Assembly: GCF_009914755.1 (NCBI RefSeq)
Contig: NC_060927.1
DNA length: 64,000 nt
From: the human T2T-CHM13v2.0 reference genome, Homo sapiens
Reading direction: 5' to 3' (one strand)
In this document: positions 51,321 through 64,000 of the stretch, piece by piece
How the letters are laid out: the number at the start of each line of letters is the position of its first letter
Position numbering within the stretch: the stretch's first letter is position 1
The notes under the pieces: model-generated
Databases searched by the model: none
Told to the model about the DNA's origin: nothing
Seen by the model: only the letters and a program-made list of their open reading frames with translations
Translations under genes and position numbers: made by a program

Positions 51321-53560
51321 CTTGCTCTGGAGGCTGTGATGCATGAGGGCTCCACCCTGCTTTCACACTATGCCCTGTCTCACAGAGAACTGGTCTTGAA
51401 GAATGATGCTGAAAGGCAGGAGAAACTCAGGTGAGAGGTAGAAGGGACCTGGCTTTGTTCCTGGGTCTGTATCAGTATCCACCCTGGCCTCTCAAATCCT
51501 CCTTCATGACTTAAGCTGGCTAGAGTAGGGGTTCTGCCATATACAAAATGCTTTCCCTCCACCCTTTACTATTATCAGATTGGGACTTCTGAGCTGGAAA
51601 ACTGTGCCTTCCTCAGCAGCACTTTAGCAAGTGCTTACTAAGTGCCAAGGCACTGTGCTAATGCTGGAGCCACTGAGATGAGGGAGACAAAACCCCACCC
51701 ACCATCAGGAGGGAAACTAGAGCTGTCCTTCTCCCACCATGATCCTGCCTCACCCTGCAGGCTGTGGCCTTTTTGCACAATTTCTGGGTTTCCCAGACAG
51801 ACCCTTCCCCTTCCCCTGCATTGTGGTATCACCTCAGTGGTGGCTTTTCCCCACACACACAAAATAATAATAATAATAATAAAATAAACAGTAAAGGAAT
51901 GACTACTGTTGTCCAAAAGTCAGGCATTCACTGTCCCTAACTAAAGTGTTTGTTTCCTAGTTTAAAGGAAAGTCACAGGTCTTGTGCAAGTAAAAGTGAA
52001 CAGTTATGGTTTACAGAAATGGAAGAGATGAGTTCTTGGAACAAGCCCATTGCCTCTATGAGTTTAAAGATGAGAATCTTCCTACTGGGGTGGAGGAAAC
52101 TCCACCTCAGACCTCTCCTGTGAGCAGCAGATTTTCTCAAAGGATTGGTTCCCAACTACAGAAACAAAGTCTTCCTTCTCAGCTCTCAGGAACAGTGGAT
52201 GGGGAAGTGAAGTTCCTAACCCATCTGCAGGAATTTCCAGGGTAATGACTCATTTGAACAATTGTTGCCTTCCTGGGGTGGTGCTCGGAGAGCCCCAACA
52301 TCAAGGTACTCAGACTGGGTCTATATGCCTATTTCTACCATTTTCTGTAGGACCCTGTCAAGGTGTTTACACTCTCTTGATCTCAGGGCTTTATTCTGTA
52401 AAAGGGGATAGTAACACCCGTTGGGAAGGATGGTCATGAAGACTATAGGGCTTTGGAATGAGAATACATCCCCACAGTCTCAAGCATGGTGCCTGGTCTG
52501 TTGTTGCAAGTGCTCAACATTGAGAGTCATTGCTACAATTCCAGTGACAAGCCATGTGACTGCCATCATTCCAGCTAGACAAGTCTTGATGTGGTCTGCA
52601 TCTTTCAAGGCAGAGGCATTCTGAACAACTTCCAGGGATACTGGACTCTGAGATCTGGAAAAATGGCAGACCATAATGAAAAGCAGATACACACAAGATT
52701 TTGCAAAGGATTTCAGTGAAGTCAAGAAGCCCCTAATCTCAATGTTGTGCCTCCACAGGATTCCAGAGATGCCAGGTTCAAAGGCCCTGCATTCAAGATA
52801 ACTCGACTATCTCTGAGTTTGTTTATTTTGCACTGAGATCAGAGTGAGGTGACCTCTTTGTACTTTTTCCCAGGGCAGCCTTGGGAAGGCTGTCATCATC
52901 TCCACCATGAACAGCTTAGAGAGATCTTCTGGCCCAGGGAGGCCCAACATTTGGGGCACAGAGCAACCCACGAGCTCTAGGAATCATCATGCACACCAAA
53001 CACTGTGTGCAGACTGAGAAAAGAGCAGCACTTATCCCACACATCAGCTTGTATCTTTCAAATGCAGGAAGCTGCTGGGGCAATGAACAAATACAAAATA
53101 CAAAGAGCTGCTAAAAGCACATGCGTCAGCCTGTGGAGGTACCAGGAATATTTTGACATTTAAGGAGATCCTCAAACTTGACAGGGTCAGAAATCCCTGC
53201 TGTGATCCAACCGCCTTCTCCCTGGCCCCTAGTCCAGTGCAGGCATTGGTGATGGAGGGTTGCCTAGGCAATGCCTGAGCAATATGCCACCAGGAACAAC
53301 TAATATAATTAAAGTGGACACCTTTTAGAGCATGGTTTAAATAGAAGAGAATCATACCACATCCAAGGGTTCCTTTGTTTAAGCTCCTGCAAATAAACCC
53401 CATTTTCAGAGTCCCTGGGTTGCAATCTCTGCTTGTAGCCACTTTGCCAGCTCTCCATACCTAGACTCTCATACACTAAGAGAAAGGTTTTGGTGGAGTT
53501 TATTTCTTTGTTTCTTTTTCCAAAATCGTTCTATCTTAAAACCACAGAAACTAAAGTTAA

Positions 53561-53973
53561 TGCTATGGTTTGGATGTGGTTTGTCCTTACCAAAACTCAG
53601 GTTAAAATTTAATTGCCAATATAACGATGTTGGGAGGTGGCTCCTATTGGGAGGTTTTTGGGTTATAGGGGCAGATTCCTCATGAATAGATTAATCCTAT
53701 CTGGTAGGAATGAGTTCTTGCTCTCATGGGACCAGATTAGCCGCCATGAAAGCAAATTGTTACAAAGCTAGACTGCTCCTGGTGTTTGGTCTGTTTGCAT
53801 ATGACCACTTCTGCTCCCTGCCATGTTGTGACACAGCACAAGGCCCTCACCAGATACAACGGCCCATCTTGAACTTTCCAGCCTCCAGGATCATCAGTCA
53901 AATAAATCTCTTTTCTTTATAAATTACTCAGACTCAGGTATTCTGTTATAGCAGCAAAAAATGGACTAAAACA
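53561..53973 (+). mobile_element. MST (MSTC-like) solo LTR
   Basis: TG...CA termini; 5-bp TSD GTTAA at 53556-53560 and 53974-53978. Confidence 0.88.
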
Positions 53974-54730
53974 GTTAAATTTAACAAAAACAGTTTTGCC
54001 TAATTTTCAGATTTGGGGAATCTATGTTTTAGTTTTCTCCCAAATCATTATTCAATCAAAATGTTAGGCTTAAACTGTTTTTAATCTACTGTCAAAACAT
54101 CAAGAAATTTAACAATAGTAATAAGCAGAAATCCTGTACAGCAAGAAATTTAACAATCGTAATAAGCAGAGATACCTTATAACAAGAGAATTGAATAAAT
54201 GAACTGTTTTTTGAAGCACTCCCCTTCACTTCTATGCATTCCTCCTCTGGTCCCAAGCCTGTGCTCCTTCCAGACTCTCACTTCTCCCTACATAAACTTC
54301 TAGGGGCATTTGCCTTGAAATAAAGATGAACAAGCTTGCCACTTCCTTTTTTCCATTTCTTTCTTTGCAAATGACTGATCACCTTCATTACCTGCAATTC
54401 AGGAAATTTCCACCAAAGGTGGTACTTCATTACTGCAGACCCAGAAATAATATTTGTATGACTTCAGAACCAAACACCAACATGTTCTATATGCTTCTAG
54501 GTAGCAGGATTATAAGCAAATCTTTTTCTGCATCTTTATGTTTTTCTTCTACTTTCAAGATAACGTATCTATTTGATAATCAGAAAATAAATAAGTTGAA
54601 AATATTTTAAAGTTCTTAAATAACAAAGACAGCAAAATTGATGCCAGGATATAACCTTTTTTTACTATTAAATATAAGAGCTTATGTTCCATGGTGTGCA
54701 TGATAAATTCATGAACTGTGGATGCAATCA

Positions 54731-55084
<354 letters not shown>

Positions 55085-55225
55085 TTAGTCATTTTTGTTT
55101 CCCCTGTAGTCTGCATGTTAGCTGGGCTCAAGGAGGTAGGCACCAACTGCTGCTGCTGCTGCTGCTGCAAAGAATCTGAATCCCATGGATTCTGATGTCT
55201 CATCTCTCCTTCGGCTTTAAGACAC

Positions 55226-55286
55226 ATGTTTACCTATGTAACTAACCTTCACATGTACCCCCAAACCTAAAATAAAAGTTAAAAAA
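55226..55286 (+). mobile_element. ~60-bp extreme 3' fragment of an L1PA
   Basis: ATGTTTACCTATGTAAC...AACCTAAAATAAAAGTT plus A-tail; TSD AAGACAC at 55219-55225 and 55287-55293. Confidence 0.75.
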
Positions 55287-55780
55287 AAGACACCCTTTCA
55301 GTCTTTCACTGTCAGTCACTGTATGCATGACAAAAGAGGAAAGAAGGCAACTGTGGTTTTTTATGGGTTTTCTTTTTTTTTTTTTTTTGGCCTTTATCTT
55401 CTCAACTCTAAGTCAGATTTACCACTGAGGACTTCCATTTTTACATCAGAATTGCTAGTCTACAAAAATTAAAGAGAGTAATAATGCCTCCTGCAATAGA
55501 GGTTTTGAAGAAATGTTATATAAAAATATGTTGGGTTTGAATTTCTCCACAAAAATGTAAAAATTGGTACAATCTTTATTTATTAGAGTTTATTGCTAAT
55601 TCAGCAATCCCACTTTTAGTAATAAATTCCATGGAAATAAAGTGTATAAAGATACATATCAGGAATGCTTATTGCAAAGGTATTCAAAGTAACAAAAATA
55701 AAATAAAAACAGCCTAGATCTCTCCCATTTAAGAGCTTTGTTATTTAAATAATGATATCTTCATACATTTAAAGGATTGA

Positions 55781-56079
55781 GGCCAGAAACAGTGGCTCAC
55801 GCCTGTAATCCCAGCACTTTGGGAGGCCAAGGTGGGTAGATAGCTTGAGTCCAGGAGTTCAAGGCCAGCCTAGGCAACATGGCAAAATCCTATCTCTACA
55901 AAAAGTACAAAAATTAGCCGGGTGTGGTGGCATGTGCCTGTAGTCGCAGCTACTTAGGAGGATTAGGTCGGAGGATTGCTTAAGCCCAGGAAGCAGAGGT
56001 TGCAGTGAGCCAAAATTGCACCACTACACTCCAGCCTGGGTGACAGAGTGAGACCTTGTCTGAAAAAAAAAAAAAAAAA
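55781..56079 (+). mobile_element. Old Alu (AluJ-like)
   Basis: Alu dimer with A-tail. Confidence 0.9.
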
Positions 56080-56200
56080 CAGAAAGGAATGAAAGAATTG
56101 TGTATGTCTTGTATGTCTTGGCATGAAAAGATGTCTACCGATTCATATGAAGGGGGGAAAATGAAGTAGATAATATGAGAAGAATTATAGCATATCCTAT

Positions 56201-56836
56201 TGATACAGGTGTTAAGAAGAAATTATTTAGGCAGATAGTGAGGGTACAGAAATCCTCTGTAAGGTTCTCCTTTCAATGAAAAGCAGCCCCAAATTATCAC
56301 TCTCATGGGACCAGATTAGTTGTCATGAAAGCAAGTTGTTACAAACAGGTTGTTCCCTTTCAAATGAAAAGCAGCCTGTAAAATCGAGCTGCAGACATAG
56401 ATACTGGCAGTTGTGCCAATCATGTTCAAGATGGCGGCTCCATCTTCCCTTCTCTTTGTCAACCACGTGTGCAATAAGGAGCAGACAAGTTGGCCACAGA
56501 TCAACTGGGAAGCCCATCTGCATAATAAGATTAGGGTGGGGCGACCAGCCTTCCCGAGCTATGTAAACATCATACCTGATCGAACCAGTTTGTGAGCCCT
56601 ACGTAAATCAAACACCGCCTCCTCAAACCTGACTATAAAATCCAGCACATCTGCCGTCCACCAGCCTTTTCCACATGGAGACCCGCTTCTCTATAGAGAG
56701 AGCTATTTCTCTTTCTCTTCTTTTCTGCCTATTAAACCTCTGCTCCTAAATTCCTCGTGTGTGTCTATGTCCTAAATTTCCCTGGCCCATGATGACAAAC
56801 CCCAGGGTATATACCCCAGACAATGCAGCTGCTTCA
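56201..56836 (+). mobile_element. ERV1-class solo LTR (family uncertain, possibly MER50-like)
   Basis: TG...CA termini; 4-bp TSD CTAT at 56197-56200 and 56837-56840; TATAAAA at ~56634 and ATTAAA at 56730. Confidence 0.8.
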
Positions 56837-56918
56837 CTATGGAAAGAGACTTTTCCTTTGATTGGGACTTTTTCCTTTGATTGGCTGAAGCTCCAAAGCT
56901 GAGATCAAAAGGTGACAC

Positions 56919-57293
56919 ATATATATATATGAGTATATATATATGAGTATATATATATGAGTATATATATGAGTATATATATATGAGTATATATATATGA
57001 GTATATATATATGAGTATATATATATGAGTATATATATATATGAGTATATATATGAGTATATATATGAGTATATAGAGTATATATATGAGTATATATATA
57101 TGAGTATATATATATGAGTATATATATGAGTATATATATGAGTATATATATGAGTATATATATATGAGTATATATATGAGTATATATATGAGTATATATA
57201 TATGAGTATATATATGAGTATATATATATGAGTATATATATATGAGTATATATATGAGTATATATATATGAGTATGTGTATATATATATATGA

Positions 57294-57360
<67 letters not shown>
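56919..57360. repeat. AT-rich tandem repeat [GAG(TA)nT]n ending in (TA)n
   Basis: About 440 bp of 10-14-nt units. Confidence 0.95.
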
Positions 57361-57362
<2 letters not shown>

Positions 57363-57639
57363 CATTCTAAAGAGAATCCCTAGACACAGCCATGCAGAAC
57401 TTGCTAAAAGACAGCAAAACCAGCCCAGTGACCACTTCTTCATTCTGGTTATAAATGAAAAGATGAGTCATTCAGACAGAGTTCATTGACTGTAAAGTAG
57501 GATTAGAGAATCAGTCTCCTCCCTTCCTTTACAATGGAGAGGAAGGAGTGGCCCCCTTAAGACAGGAAGAAGAGAATTGCTTGAAGAAACTGGTAATGTT
57601 TGGAAGTTGAGTTGCAGAAATGGGATTCCATCTCAGTGA

Positions 57640-58165
57640 TTGTGGTAAACTAGATTTCTGTTGAGTTAATATTCCCTTCAATCAGACATCTCCACATTCT
57701 TTCCCACCCCATTGGTGTTGGGCATAGCATGTGACTTGTTTTGGCCCTACTGTGAGCAGAGTATACCTACCTCCTGACCCCTGAATTTTGAACTCAGTCA
57801 TGGGACTTGCTCTGGCCAATGAGAAATTAGCAGACCTGATGTAAGCAGAGGTTTGAAGTATGCATGTGTGGTTTGGTTTTTTCTCCTGCACTTCTATCAT
57901 CTCCTGGGTATAGCTTCCTCTGGGTAGCTGCTTCCCCTTTAGCTTTGGCCAAGAAGGAACATACGTGCAGCAAACCTGAGCCCAACCAGCAGCTAGGGCC
58001 CAAGACCAAGAAGAACCACCACTTCAAACCAACCTGCCCAGGCAAGGCCAACTTGCATCAATTGAACTACAGCCCATGATTGTGAGAATAAATGTTTCTA
58101 GTTACATGTCACTGACCTTGGGAGTGGTTTCTTAAATAACATTACAGAAATAGCTAGCCCATACA
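57640..58165 (+). mobile_element. Old MLT1 solo LTR
   Basis: CATGTGACTTGTTTTGGCC; TGAGAATAAATGTTTC...GGAGTGGTTT...GCTAGCCCATACA. Confidence 0.65.
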
Positions 58166-58863
58166 ATGGTGAGAGTTCTTCATATACCTTAATAATGTCC
58201 TTTGAGAGTTTTTGATATAATGAGCCTAGAGACTATGTTTGATTCCTGCCTGGAAAACCATAAGGACACAGCCTGGCAGAAGATACCTATGATGTTGGTA
58301 CAAGAGGAGATAAGACAAAGTTGGGCAGGCTGCACTGCTACTATTTGGTGGGGCAAGGATGTGTGGGATTCCCATGTGCCAAGCGGACACCACAGAAGTT
58401 AGTGGGTTTGAGTTATCCTAATGGAGTCTGGCTCAAAAGTAGTGTCTGCCAGATCAGCAAGAGGATGCAGGTATTCCTTTGGGGGAAAAAAGTAGAGGGT
58501 ACAGGAGCCAGTAGCAGGGACGTGGGGGGAATGGGAGAAAGAGCAAAAAGTCAAGGACCTTCTTTCTCACCGAAAGGCCCTAAGTTTGGGTCACCTACAC
58601 TGGGAGGAGGAGAGAAGTCAGATGTGAGATTAAAGTTTTGACTTATATTTGACTAGACCTTTTAATACCTGAAAATGGGACTGTTATAACTGAGAAGTGA
58701 CCAGAAAGCTATGAATCTTGTTATCTGGAGGTAACATTATGGGGAGAGAAAGATCTAACAGGACATATTGGAAGACAATGATGGGAATTTAAACCGGTCA
58801 ACAAAATTATTACACCATTATATAAATTATATGTGTGTATATGTATATACACAGACATATTTT

Positions 58864-59004
58864 TATATATGTACATATATTACAATTGTTATATATGTAC
58901 ATATATATACAATTGTTATATATGTACATATATATACAATTGTTATATATGTACATATATATACAATTGTTATGTATGTACATATATATACAATTATTAT
59001 ATAT
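58864..59004. repeat. 27-bp AT-rich minisatellite, ~5 copies
   Basis: Unit TATATATGTACATATATATACAATTGT. Confidence 0.9.
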
Positions 59005-59620
59005 AAACATGCCAATAGAGATACTTCTATTTTGATTTCTATTTGCAGAAATTGAATGTCCAGGGGTAGGTTTGAGCCAGGGCTCTGGGTTCAGCAGGGG
59101 CTCCTGTGGTGGAGGCAGATGCCTTGACTTCTCCTTTCCTTAGGTCTCTTGGCACCAACAACGGGGCTCATTCCTCGGCAAATTTTCCTTCAAATGTTCA
59201 GCCTGTGGCAATGAGATATTTTTACAGCTTTTTATTGACTATCCCCCTGAGAATTATCATTTGCTTTTACAGGGTATTACCAAGAAACAGAGGCAACAAA
59301 AACACACTGTAATTGTTCAAGCAATTTGGCTCTTCCTCTTTCATATAATGGTGAAATCAAAACCCTGGAGGCCAGAGAACTAGACCCAGGAGTCAGAAGA
59401 TGGAATTCTTATCTGGTCAGTGTCCCAGACTCACTGTGTGGCTTTAACAAGGCCCTCAACCTCTCCGGGCTTCATTTTCTTTCTCATATAGATCATCTGT
59501 GAGTTATACCCCAAGCATCCTATGTACCAGGATAGTTTTTGTTGTGGAAAGACCCTCAGCTAGGTTGATAATCTATGTTCCAGTCCTTCCTATTCCACCA
59601 AGGAGCAAGGAGCACTATGA

Positions 59621-59951
<331 letters not shown>

Positions 59952-60024
59952 TCCTTATCTTTAAAATAAGAAAATAAGTCATGCCTTTCTACCTCCCAGG
60001 TTTTGCTGTTTTTTATATTTTTGT

Positions 60025-61340
60025 TGTCTAGTGCTACATAACATACTATCACAAAACATAGTGCTAAAATAATCCTTTACTTTGTTCATGATTATGTGGT
60101 TCAAGAATTTGAGGAAGGACCCAGCTGGTTGTTTAATCTTAGCTGTATGTGGCATCAGCTGGGGCCGCTGGAGTTGGAGGATTCCATTCTATGGTGCTTC
60201 TTTACTCTCATATCTAGCACAATGGCCTAGCACAATGGCACTTGTTGATCAATTTCCATCTCTCTCTTCTCCCTCTCTTAATCTCTCCCTCGATATCTCT
60301 CTGTCGCTATCTCTATACCTCTCCCTCCCTTCTCTTCTCTTCTTCTCCCTCTGCACATTGTTTCATCCCAGGCTCTAAACACATCTCTTGCTTTCTCTCA
60401 ACATGGAAATCTCAGTGCAGTCAGACTTCTTATATGGAGGCTGCCTCTTAATGGCAGGCAGGAATAAGAAGCTCCCAGCCAATGAAGGGCAACTCCTAGA
60501 GCTGGTACAGCATAACCTCTGCTGTATTTATCCTATAGGCCAAAGTAGTCACCATCCCCACCCAGGTTCAAGGATGGAGAACTCAACCCCACCTCTTGAT
60601 GGAGGAGTGCCAAGGTCACATTGCAGAAGAGCATATATTGGATGGCAGATATTAAGCCATCTTTGGAAAACAGAATCTGTCACATATTGTTTTTGTTATT
60701 ATTGGAGGCAAAAATGATGGTAGATGTAGAAGCTCTAAAAAGTCAAATCATACATCAATCAAGTGCCATTATGATCCTCATTTCAGTATTTCATTTTTTT
60801 AATCTACTTATCTACTTTTATCTACAATTTATCTATTGTGACTTTGAGGTAATCAGTGGGTCAAAATCCAGATACAATGGTCTCCAAAGCATTATCTGTC
60901 CTTTAGATCAACTCCAATCAGGGACTCAGGGTAATTCCTTCAACAGGGGAACATAGGGCTTTTTTGGTTGAACAGACATACTAGACAACAATCAAGCAAC
61001 TAACAACCCCAAAATCAATAGCTTAAGATAAGAAAAGTGTAACACTCCCTTACTCAGTGTCTATCACAGGTGGGCTGGGACTCTGCAGCTTAAGAGCCAG
61101 GCCCACACAGCATGACTTGCTGGACACCACAGCAAAGAGAGGGAGCACAGCGAGTCGTACACTCACTCTTAAAGGATCCCACCCAGCAGTGAGACACCTC
61201 ACCTTCACTCACATTCCACTGGCCAACACAAGTCACATGGCCACATCTGACCTCAAAGAAGCAGGTGCATGCCACTTGCCACTACCTAGAAAGAGGAGAA
61301 CTGGAAATACTGGAGAATTGCATTCCTAACAACAACACTT
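60025..61340 (-). mobile_element. Two old MLT1 LTR remnants (~60025-60690 and ~60950-61340)
   Basis: GGCCAAAGTAGTCAC...CCCCACCTCTTGATGG; CACATTCCACTGGCCAACACAAGTCACATGGCC. Confidence 0.55.
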
Positions 61341-61739
61341 GGATTGGACATTTTCAGAGTTTTCCTCAAGGATGTTTTCAGAGCCCTTTCTGAATGCAAA
61401 AGAAGCACCCGTATAAAGTTGCAGAAAGAAAATGCATGCAGTGATACTATATTTTCCTGCTGTAATATGCTGTAATTTTTTGCCAAGCTTTTCTTCGCTG
61501 TTTCTTGTAAGATATTTCCCAGAGGAGTAACAGTGCTTGAAATCCTGACCCTGCCTGGAGATTCACTGAGAACAAAATGTTCCCGGGGGGAGTTTTACAA
61601 TAGTATCCATCTGCCAGCTCCAGAGAACACATGGAGATGGCCCATGTGACCCACATTAGAGAGTCTCCACCCAAGGTTCATGTTCTGCCTTACATTGTGG
61701 CATGTTAGCAAAAGTCAGCACAGGAGAGTCCATAGAGCA

Positions 61740-61930
61740 GTTCAGTAGGAATCACACTGCCTGGATTCAAAACCACTATGTTCTAGCATGTGACTTTCAA
61801 CAACTTATTTAACTTCTTTAAGCCTCAGTTTTCTCAGTGTGAAATGAGAATAGTAATAGTACTTACTTTTTGGAGCTGTTAGGAAAATCAAATGAGATAA
61901 TATGCATAGAACACTTAGAACAGTGCCTAG
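61740..61930. mobile_element. MIR
   Basis: TTTAACTTCTTTAAGCCTCAGTTTTCTCAGTGTGAAATGAGAATAGTAATAGTAC. Confidence 0.75.
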
Positions 61931-62319
61931 AACTTCTTAAATTGCCATTGCTGTTGCTGGTGGCATGGTGTTATTTGGCCCATCTCTGCAAGCCCATGAC
62001 TGGTGCTGAACCCTGTGGGAGGATTGATGGTTGCGCTCAGACAACTCATTAGACAGCATACCCAGTAAGTGCTGTGAGGCTATGAGGATGAAATTTAAGA
62101 ATATGTGAAAAGCAGAGGTATTTTATATTTAACTATCATAGAATGAGAAAGTTTTGAAAGTTTTATGCATGGAACAAGGAGGTTGTTATCCCTTCTACTC
62201 AAAAATATCTCCCCTATCAACCTGTCAAGATGCCTTCATATTTTATTATCAGAAATTCATTCCTTTGGCTTAGCCATTGCCCTAACTAAATGCCTCACAA
62301 ATATTTATTGAGTAAATGA

Positions 62320-62650
<331 letters not shown>

Positions 62651-63649
62651 CCAGCCAAAGCATGTTTTAACATACAGCTTAATAAAAAGGGCCAGAATGT
62701 TGTCCTGCCTATAATATTCTAGTCACCCAACAGGAGTAACTAAAATTTCACCACATGTGATGACATTTAAAATTCTTCCAAAGTGACTTTTTCAACTATA
62801 TCACCAAAATGCTTTCTGAACCAGCATTCTTGTCTTCAGTCAGCCTCCTCTAATTTAGCCTCTAAATTATTGTAGGGTAATCTTTCTGCAAATAGATATG
62901 ATCATGGCATACGCTTGTTCTGATGCCATTTGCTTCAAGATGGATATTAGTTCTTCTGTGTGGCATGGGAGACCTTCCATCATCACACACTTGGCCCCTC
63001 TTTAGCCTTGGCCTTGTCTTCTCTCTCCAGCTCCCTCATCACCAACCAACATTCTAACCCACCCCCAACACACATACACATACACACACACACACAAAAT
63101 GTAGCCAGGAAGCATCCCATTCTTTGCCTGTCACCTTTACAGGAGTTCTCTCCTGCCTCTATCACATGCAATAGAAATAGTGGTCTGAGAAAAGCTTTTC
63201 CTCCTTCAGCATTGCCATGTGACTCCTGAGGGACCAATGATCACAATTCTTATTCTTTCCAGACATAAGAATGGGCATGTGATCCAGGATCAGCCAATCA
63301 GAGAGCTGCTTTCCCTTGGAAAACAAGATGGGCCATATGATCCAAATGAGGTGAACCAAAGCCTTTCCTTGTGATTTTCTTTTTTTTATTCTCTGGTTGC
63401 ATTTTCCTTCTGATTTTATTAAATGAGGAGGGGTAGGTTTTATCTTTTAGGTCAGGGAGCTGGAATAATGTAAATCAGGATCTGCCAGATGCCATCCTCC
63501 CCTCTTGCTGCCAGTGGGGAAAGATCTTCCAGCTGTAGGAGCTAAAGCAGGAAAAGAAGCAAGAGTGAGCAAGAGAGAGAGATTCAGAGATAATGATGGA
63601 CCTCATTTTTGACCCTGGATCCAGTGAAGTCTGAGGTTTGGTAAATGTA

Positions 63650-64000
63650 ACATATGTCCATGAATTATTTGACACTCCACTCTTCAACTCTTCAACAGAT
63701 GAAGCCTAACTCCCCTCCCCTTACATGTGGGCCAAACCTACTGACTTGCTTCTAATGAATAAAATGTGGTGGAAATGACTGAGCATGACTTTTGAGGGTA
63801 GGTCTTAAAGGCATTGTGGCTTCCATCTTGCTCTCTCTGGGGTCACTTGCTCTGGGAAAAGCCAGCTGCCATGTCAGAGAACATTCAATCAGCCCTATAG
63901 AAATGCCCACATGGGGAGGAACTGAGGCCCCCTGTCAACAGCTGTAGAGGAACTGAGACCCCTTGGCTACAGCCATGTGAGTGAATCATCTTGGAAGTGG
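63650..64000 (+). mobile_element. MLT1 (MLT1F-like) LTR, truncated by the window end
   Basis: GCCAGCTGCCATGT...CAGCCCTATAGAAATGCCCACATGGGGAGGAACTGAGGCC. Confidence 0.7.

Noticed and set aside
55147-55168. (CTG)7 triplet run
   Set aside because: Short, intergenic, far below unstable lengths
56772-57489. 223-aa and 160-aa Ile/Tyr-rich ORFs
   Set aside because: Translations of the TA-rich tandem repeat

Overview
Human (primate) genomic DNA; a human-specific AluYa5 is present. The window holds the complete five-exon TRIM42 gene on the + strand (chr3q23 by recollection). Splicing 19537-19877, 23770-24467, 29030-29850, 32250-32474 and 42199-42285 gives an intact 723-aa Cys-rich/RING/B-box/coiled-coil/FN3 protein, with a polyA signal at 42443. 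Bases 1-18.1 kb are a nested pile of decayed LINE-1s (L1PA, L1PB, L1MA, L1MB types) with Alus, and target-site duplications (TSDs) resolve the insertion order. The introns and 3' flank contain MIR, MER5, L2, MaLR (including a full MSTB-type provirus), an ERV1 solo LTR, Alus and simple repeats. Almost all other ORFs in the track are repeat-derived or shadow frames. I found no evidence for a new multi-gene system. The best second-look items are: an ~60-bp duplicate of the TRIM42 TSS-proximal module in intron 1; a TSD-bounded L1 3' transduction; a 46-bp patch apparently copied from a nearby MST LTR into the ERV1 LTR; uORF and start-stop elements before the ATG; an unusually weak intron-2 donor; a 13-residue repeat in the Cys-rich N-terminus; and a lox66-like cryptic site. 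Repeat subfamily names come from remembered consensus features, not from a database search.
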